From contig JBGAHS010000002.1 in assembly GCA_044226015.1 (NCBI GenBank), positions 787,435 to 851,434 on the forward strand: a stretch of DNA of 64,000 nt, read 5' to 3'. Under the pieces are notes generated by a model. It saw only the letters and a list, made by a program, of their open reading frames with translations, made no database searches and had not been told where the DNA came from. Every line of letters begins with the position of its first letter. The first letter of the stretch is position 1. This DNA comes from Candidatus Obscuribacteraceae bacterium. GTDB taxonomy: Bacteria; Cyanobacteriota; Vampirovibrionia; Obscuribacterales; Obscuribacteraceae. Shown here piece after piece: positions 58,795 through 64,000 of this stretch. The position numbers and the translations under genes are program-made.

Positions 58795-61632
58795 TTAGTG
58801 AATCGGGTTGGCCTCTGCATTCAATTCTTGAATTGGTCCAAGATTGAGTTTCTCCAACTCCGGCATAATCTTCGCCTTATCACCAACTGTGACCACAACC
58901 ATCTTGTTAGGATCAAGATATTTTTTCACCATCGACTCGGCTTCCGCAGGCGTAACTGCATACACTTTATCTGGCAAATTTTTGTAGTAGTCCACAGGCA
59001 AGTTGTACACAAACAAGTTGCTGAATTGATTCACCACATTCAATGATGTTTCAAAATCGCCTGGCAATGACAGCGCGTAGGAGTCTTTCGCCATTTTCAC
59101 CTCTTCTGCACTCGGCGGATTGCTGCGCATTCCATCAAATTCCTTGAAGTACTCTGAAATTGCAGGACCAGTAACATTGGTTCTAATTCCTGCACTAGCA
59201 GAGAATGGTCCGGCAGCTCGTCGTGCAGAGAAGCGAGAGTAGGTACCATAGGTGTAACCATGCTTCTCTCTCAAATTCATATTCAATCGACTCGAAAACA
59301 TTCCGCCGAGCACATTGTTCATCACCAGAACTGGCACATAGTCAGGGTTTGAACGTGCCAACCCGATTGACGCAATAATGACTGCTGTTTGCGGTGCCGC
59401 ATCCTTATTTACTACAAATATTTGTCGCTTGGTATTGTTTTCTACAACTGGTGGCACATGACTAGTACCTGCACCAGTCCAAGAACCCAGATATTTTTCC
59501 GCAATTGTTTTCGCCTGCTCTTTGGTCAAATCACCTGCAATAACTAGCGCAGCATTTGATGGGGTGTATTCAGTTTTCCAGAACTTCACTAAATCATCTC
59601 TACTGATGTTCTTCAGCGAAAAGACAGTTCCGTCGTCCTCGTATCCATACGGGCTATTAGCGCCGTACAATTTGCGATAAACGACTCGACGAGCAAGAGC
59701 ATTTGCATCATCTTTCTCTTGCTCAAGAGATGTAATTCTCATGCTACGAACACGGTCAATCTCCTTCTGCTCAAAAGCAGAATTCAATAGCAAATCAGAA
59801 AAAATTTCAAACGCTGGCTCAGCAGTCTTGCTGAGTGTGCGCATCGCCATTCTGGAGGAATCTACCCCAGACATTGTTACCAGAAATGTCCCCAACTGCT
59901 CAAGATCGTCAGCTATTTGAAGCGTAGAGCGCTTCTTCGTGCCCTCATCAAGCATACTCGCAGTAAAAGCTGCAAGACCCGGCTTATCGACAGGGTTACG
60001 TTCTGTTCCACTCAATGTGCTGAGCTGCGCAGAGATAATGGGAAGGTTGTGCCTTTCAAGTAGGTAAACCGTTAGACCATTTGAGAGTTTGAAGCTTTCT
60101 GGAACCGGCAGATTTAGTTTCACTTCTCCTGAAGGTTTTGGGGCTTCTTTTCTCCAGGCTTCATCAGGCGACTCTGCTACTGCATCGACCTTCTCTGCGT
60201 CTTTGCTTTCCTCTTTTGCTTGAGGAACATCTTCTAAAACTTTCTTGCCAGGCACGCCAAAAACCACGACGCGTGAGTTATTCTGCAAATAGGAATCGGT
60301 GACCTTTTTCAAGTCTGCAAGAGTCGCAGTGTCATAGCGCTGAAGATCTTTAGACAAATAATCAGGGTCACCAATGAAGTGATTGTAATTGTTGAGCCTA
60401 TCTGCGACCCCGCCAAATCCACCAAGGTTTTCCAGGTCGCCGACTATTTTTGCTTCAATAGTATTGCGAGCACCATCAAGTTCACGTTGCGTCGCACCAT
60501 CTTGCCTGAACTTCTGCAATTCGGCATCGATTTCCTTCTGCAAGTCTTCCGGTTTCACTCCAGGCTTAGCAGTCGCTTTAATGGTGAAAACAGAGCCTAG
60601 CAGCAGAGGGTAATTTTCAACCGTCACATCTTGTGCAATTTGCTTCTCATACACAAGCTTCTTGAACAAGCGACCAGATTTGCCACCACCAAGAATTCGT
60701 GCGATAAGGTCAGCCTCAGCACTTCCTGACTTATAAATCGGTGCAGTAATCCAGGACATATATACACGAGGAAGCTCAACCTGATCTGCTACAGTCACCT
60801 TTTTTTCCGCGGTGATTGGCGGAGTCTGTATAGTGATTTTCGGCACCGGCGGACCAGCCTGCAGTGTGCCAAAATACTTCTCTACGAGAGCCTTTGCTTT
60901 TGCCTTATCGAAGTCGCCTACGATTGCAAGACTTGCATTGCTGGGTGAGTAATACTGTTTGAAGAAGTCACGCAAATGGTCGAGGCGTGCGGCTTCAATG
61001 TCGGCATGCGATCCGATAACACTTGCATAGTATGGATGCCCTTTTGGAAACAATTGATGGAACATCTCCTCTTCAACTATTCCATAGGGATGATTCTCTA
61101 CGCTCTGACGGCGCTCATTGCGCACGACGTCTCGTTGGTTGGCAAGCTTCTCCTTATCGAGAGTGTCACGCAAGAAGCCCATGCGATCGCTCTCTAACCA
61201 GAGTGCAAGCTCCAGTTGATTTGATGGCAAAGTTTCAAAATAGTTTGTTCTGTCAAAATCAGTGGTGCCGTTAATATCACTTGCACCAGCAGACTCAAGA
61301 TATTTGAAGTGAGCTTTGGCACCAACGTGTCGAGAGCCTTCAAACATCATGTGCTCAAACAAATGAGCGAACCCAGTCAGTCCCTCGCGCTCATTGGCGG
61401 GACCCACGTGATACCACAAATTCACCGACACCAGCGGAAGCTTATGGTCTTCAGAAAGAATGACCTCGAGCCCATTTTTCAATTTGTATTTTTCAAATGG
61501 AATTGAAGGCAAGGTATGCTCAGATTTTGCTGGCACGCTGACTGACGGTTGCGCAGCAGCTTGAACTGCAGCCATGCTAGTTAGATATGAAAACGCGAGA
61601 AAAGGGGACAAAACTTTCTGCCAATTGAGCAT
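58795..61632 (-). CDS. M16 family zinc peptidase (PqqL-like, two fused halves)
   Basis: HLFEH inverted zinc motif, NGTTDFDRTNY, LREKHGYTYG. Confidence 0.93.
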   Translation of the reverse strand: MLNWQKVLSPFLAFSYLTSMAAVQAAAQPSVSVPAKSEHTLPSIPFEKYKLKNGLEVILSEDHKLPLVSVNLWYHVGPANEREGLTGFAHLFEHMMFEGSRHVGAKAHFKYLESAGASDINGTTDFDRTNYFETLPSNQLELALWLESDRMGFLRDTLDKEKLANQRDVVRNERRQSVENHPYGIVEEEMFHQLFPKGHPYYASVIGSHADIEAARLDHLRDFFKQYYSPSNASLAIVGDFDKAKAKALVEKYFGTLQAGPPVPKITIQTPPITAEKKVTVADQVELPRVYMSWITAPIYKSGSAEADLIARILGGGKSGRLFKKLVYEKQIAQDVTVENYPLLLGSVFTIKATAKPGVKPEDLQKEIDAELQKFRQDGATQRELDGARNTIEAKIVGDLENLGGFGGVADRLNNYNHFIGDPDYLSKDLQRYDTATLADLKKVTDSYLQNNSRVVVFGVPGKKVLEDVPQAKEESKDAEKVDAVAESPDEAWRKEAPKPSGEVKLNLPVPESFKLSNGLTVYLLERHNLPIISAQLSTLSGTERNPVDKPGLAAFTASMLDEGTKKRSTLQIADDLEQLGTFLVTMSGVDSSRMAMRTLSKTAEPAFEIFSDLLLNSAFEQKEIDRVRSMRITSLEQEKDDANALARRVVYRKLYGANSPYGYEDDGTVFSLKNISRDDLVKFWKTEYTPSNAALVIAGDLTKEQAKTIAEKYLGSWTGAGTSHVPPVVENNTKRQIFVVNKDAAPQTAVIIASIGLARSNPDYVPVLVMNNVLGGMFSSRLNMNLREKHGYTYGTYSRFSARRAAGPFSASAGIRTNVTGPAISEYFKEFDGMRSNPPSAEEVKMAKDSYALSLPGDFETSLNVVNQFSNLFVYNLPVDYYKNLPDKVYAVTPAEAESMVKKYLDPNKMVVVTVGDKAKIMPELEKLNLGPIQELNAEANPIH

Positions 61633-61704
61633 TACGGGGCTCCTTGCAACTCCACTGTCTATGCGGTTGCGATAATAGCATATATAGGGTTAGCGTTTGG
61701 GTAA

Positions 61705-62307
61705 CTAAGGGCGCTCAATTATGAACGGATCGTCGGCAATAGAATAAAATTCCCCGCCCAATCTGGCTACTGGCTGCAGCTTTCCGACATCAATCTGCCC
61801 ATCGGTCAAAACTGAGTTATCAATGTGAATACAAACAATCTGCCCGAGAACGAGATTGCTTGTACCAATTTCCACAATCTTGAAAAGCTTGCATTCAAGA
61901 TTGATCGGTGACTCCTGAACGCGCGGAGCAGAAACATAGAGAGAGTCAGCACAAGTCAGACCAACAGCATCAAACTCGCTAATATCAGAACTGAAGTTAG
62001 CGCTAGTCTTGACCATCTGCTCGGCTAGTGGAGCACTGACAATATTAACAACAAACTCCTCAGTATCACGCACATTTTGTAACGTGTCTTTCGGCACCAC
62101 GTGCCCATCGGAGGCTCTTTTCAGTCCTGGTGAAAATCCTAAAACAGGAGGGTTCGCGCTGAACACATTGAAGAAGGAAAACGGTGCAAGGTTATTGACT
62201 CCGTTTTTGCCTCTGGTAGAAACCCAGGCAATCGGGCGAGGAACAACAGCGTTAACGAGCAATTCGTAAACCTGCTTCGGCGCAGTCTTTTCACAGTCGA
62301 TAAACAT
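61705..62307 (-). CDS. Flavin reductase-like (DIM6/NTAB) protein
   Basis: PRPIAWVST, NLAPFSFF, KDTLQN, RLGG. Confidence 0.9.
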   Translation of the reverse strand: MFIDCEKTAPKQVYELLVNAVVPRPIAWVSTRGKNGVNNLAPFSFFNVFSANPPVLGFSPGLKRASDGHVVPKDTLQNVRDTEEFVVNIVSAPLAEQMVKTSANFSSDISEFDAVGLTCADSLYVSAPRVQESPINLECKLFKIVEIGTSNLVLGQIVCIHIDNSVLTDGQIDVGKLQPVARLGGEFYSIADDPFIIERP

Positions 62308-62400
62308 AAATTCTGATCCAACAACGAACTAAAGTTAGCATAAATCGAGCCAAAATTCAGCGGCATACGTTATCTTAATAGCCCTAATGCGAGGTGAGTG

Positions 62401-63042
62401 ATGGCTTCAATCGAGGAAATAAAATTCGATTGCTCAAAAATGGAGCAATCCCGTGATGAACAGTACGAAAAATACTGGCTAGATTACAACACAAAAACGG
62501 AGATTACCCTCCATTTCTTCGACAAAGAGCCAGACATCCCCTGCAAACTATCTGATATTGAGTCACTTAGAAACTCCTTTAGAGACGGCATAACGCAGTG
62601 CGGTGGCGGTCTAATTAGTTTGGACCCGATTCAACTTGATAGCGTCGATGGAATTGAATGCATCTTCAAAGTGCCTCAACAGCCCCATGGAATGACATAT
62701 ATTTGCGCGCTGACACTGCCTTTCTCTCGTTTCAGTTATGTTATAAAAGTGCTTGCCGCAGAGCTGGGCACCACAGGACTACGCGACAACATCGTGATCG
62801 GGGCGCTGCTTCAGGAAGGCAAGATTCAAATAGAAACAGACGGTCAAATACGTGGATGGGCGAGAGATCCCTACATGGAGCAGTGGCAGGCAGCCTGCCT
62901 GAGAAATGAATCTGACGACGAGAAATACGATGAGCAATTCCCAGACCACCCACTTTCAAGATTGCGCAAAATCATTGCGCACATAAAAAATACAATCAGC
63001 TTTCAAGCCAATGTGAAATCTGAACCCCGCTTTGCAAAATAG
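62401..63042 (+). CDS. Hypothetical protein
   Basis: About 213 aa, GAGGTG upstream; no family recognised. Confidence 0.7.
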   Translation: MASIEEIKFDCSKMEQSRDEQYEKYWLDYNTKTEITLHFFDKEPDIPCKLSDIESLRNSFRDGITQCGGGLISLDPIQLDSVDGIECIFKVPQQPHGMTYICALTLPFSRFSYVIKVLAAELGTTGLRDNIVIGALLQEGKIQIETDGQIRGWARDPYMEQWQAACLRNESDDEKYDEQFPDHPLSRLRKIIAHIKNTISFQANVKSEPRFAK

Positions 63043-63050
63043 TCAGAACC

Positions 63051-63089
63051 TAACTGAGCACTTCAATCTACTAGCGAAGTGCTCAGTTA
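63051..63089. terminator. Hairpin between convergent genes
   Basis: TAACTGAGCACTTC...GAAGTGCTCAGTTA, a 14-bp stem. Confidence 0.6.
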
Positions 63090-63105
63090 CGTACATCGGT
63101 TCGCA

Positions 63106-64000
63106 TTAACCAGAGCTGCGCGAAGAATCGGGCAATTCATCTTCCAGCAAAAGGGGGAGTTGAATCAAGAAAGCACGACTGTTTTCCCTAAGCTCAAATT
63201 CGATGCTTCCCCTCAACAATCCAAAGATTGTTTTGCAAAGTGCGAGAGTCAGTGAAGAACCTCGAAGATCACCTTCTGAAGAACCAGTAGCAAGAAATTG
63301 AAACTTGTCGAATAGGTGGGAAGCACTCGTCTGATCAAGCTGCGAACCAGCAAAGGGAACACGAATCGTGAGCAGCGAAGCGTTTTCTGAAATCACAATA
63401 GGTTCAGCCGTTTTGCCAGCAACCTGTTGACAAAAAAGCACTAAGCGGCCAAAGGCTTTTGTGCATAGGGCCGGGTCTGCGCTGACCGCCGGAGCAGCCT
63501 TTGTTTTGTTGAGTACTACAAATTCCACTTCGGGATTTGTTTCTTTCGCCGATGCTAAAGCAGTCTCCAATGCATGAGCAGGGTCTATATCTTGCAGTTC
63601 TAGCGGAAACTTTCCGGCTTCCAATCTTTCAAGATCAAGAAGGTCGTTCACAAGCAAAATTACCTGTAAGACATTATCGTAAGCACGTTCAACAGTACTG
63701 GCATTTTCGACACTAAGCCTGCCGTAAACACCTTGTTGCAGCATTGTTAGAAATCCAAAAACACTGGTTAGTGGTGTGCGCAGCTCGTGCGACACCACAG
63801 CTAACATGTGCTGTTTGAACTCTTGATTTTCCTCCAGTCGTTGCACCATACTTTTGAAATTCGCGTGGAACGACTGCAACTCATCGTGCCCGTGCAAGAG
63901 AGGCAAAAGCGGCTTACCATCCGTAAACCGAACCGTATCATCAATTAAAATCTTGACTCTCTTACTTATGCTGGTACTAAAAAACGCTCCTAACAAAACA
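63106..64000 (-). CDS. Sensor histidine kinase-like protein (5'-partial) with degenerate ATPase domain
   Basis: HAMP-like segment and H-box VSHELRTPL are present; N and G boxes are not recognisable. Confidence 0.8.
   Translation of the reverse strand, partial: VLLGAFFSTSISKRVKILIDDTVRFTDGKPLLPLLHGHDELQSFHANFKSMVQRLEENQEFKQHMLAVVSHELRTPLTSVFGFLTMLQQGVYGRLSVENASTVERAYDNVLQVILLVNDLLDLERLEAGKFPLELQDIDPAHALETALASAKETNPEVEFVVLNKTKAAPAVSADPALCTKAFGRLVLFCQQVAGKTAEPIVISENASLLTIRVPFAGSQLDQTSASHLFDKFQFLATGSSEGDLRGSSLTLALCKTIFGLLRGSIEFELRENSRAFLIQLPLLLEDELPDSSRSSG

Overview
Bacterial chromosome segment. The cyanobacteria-like rpsU and RRM protein, KdsC, and many Ser/Thr kinase-TPR genes suggest Melainabacteria/Obscuribacterales; this assignment is an inference. 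Housekeeping genes (aspS, rpsU, kdsC, M16 peptidase) are mixed with five membrane Ser/Thr kinases, TPR proteins, phosphorelay proteins and two type II TA pairs. Three things the ORF track misses stand out. (1) At 24641-29426, a small C-terminal-Gly protein, a Cys-motif protein and a ThiF/E1 enzyme are followed by about 1.2 kb holding four sigma70-like promoters and up to eight structured ncRNAs, then a Ro60/TROVE-like vWA protein. The ncRNAs fall into two repeat families, and one carries a circularly permuted tRNA module like YrlA Y RNA. (2) At 20638-21093, a tRNA-Thr(GGT)/Thr(CGT)/Gly(GCC) cluster lies behind a Thr/Gly-rich 21-codon leader peptide with terminator and antiterminator, which looks like a ribosome-sensing attenuator controlling tRNA genes. 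(3) A minus-strand protein of more than 1720 aa runs off the left edge, with AETPAPV tandem repeats, about 12 SLEExLLGKK motifs and a coiled-coil tail. All calls were made by reading the sequence; no searches were run.
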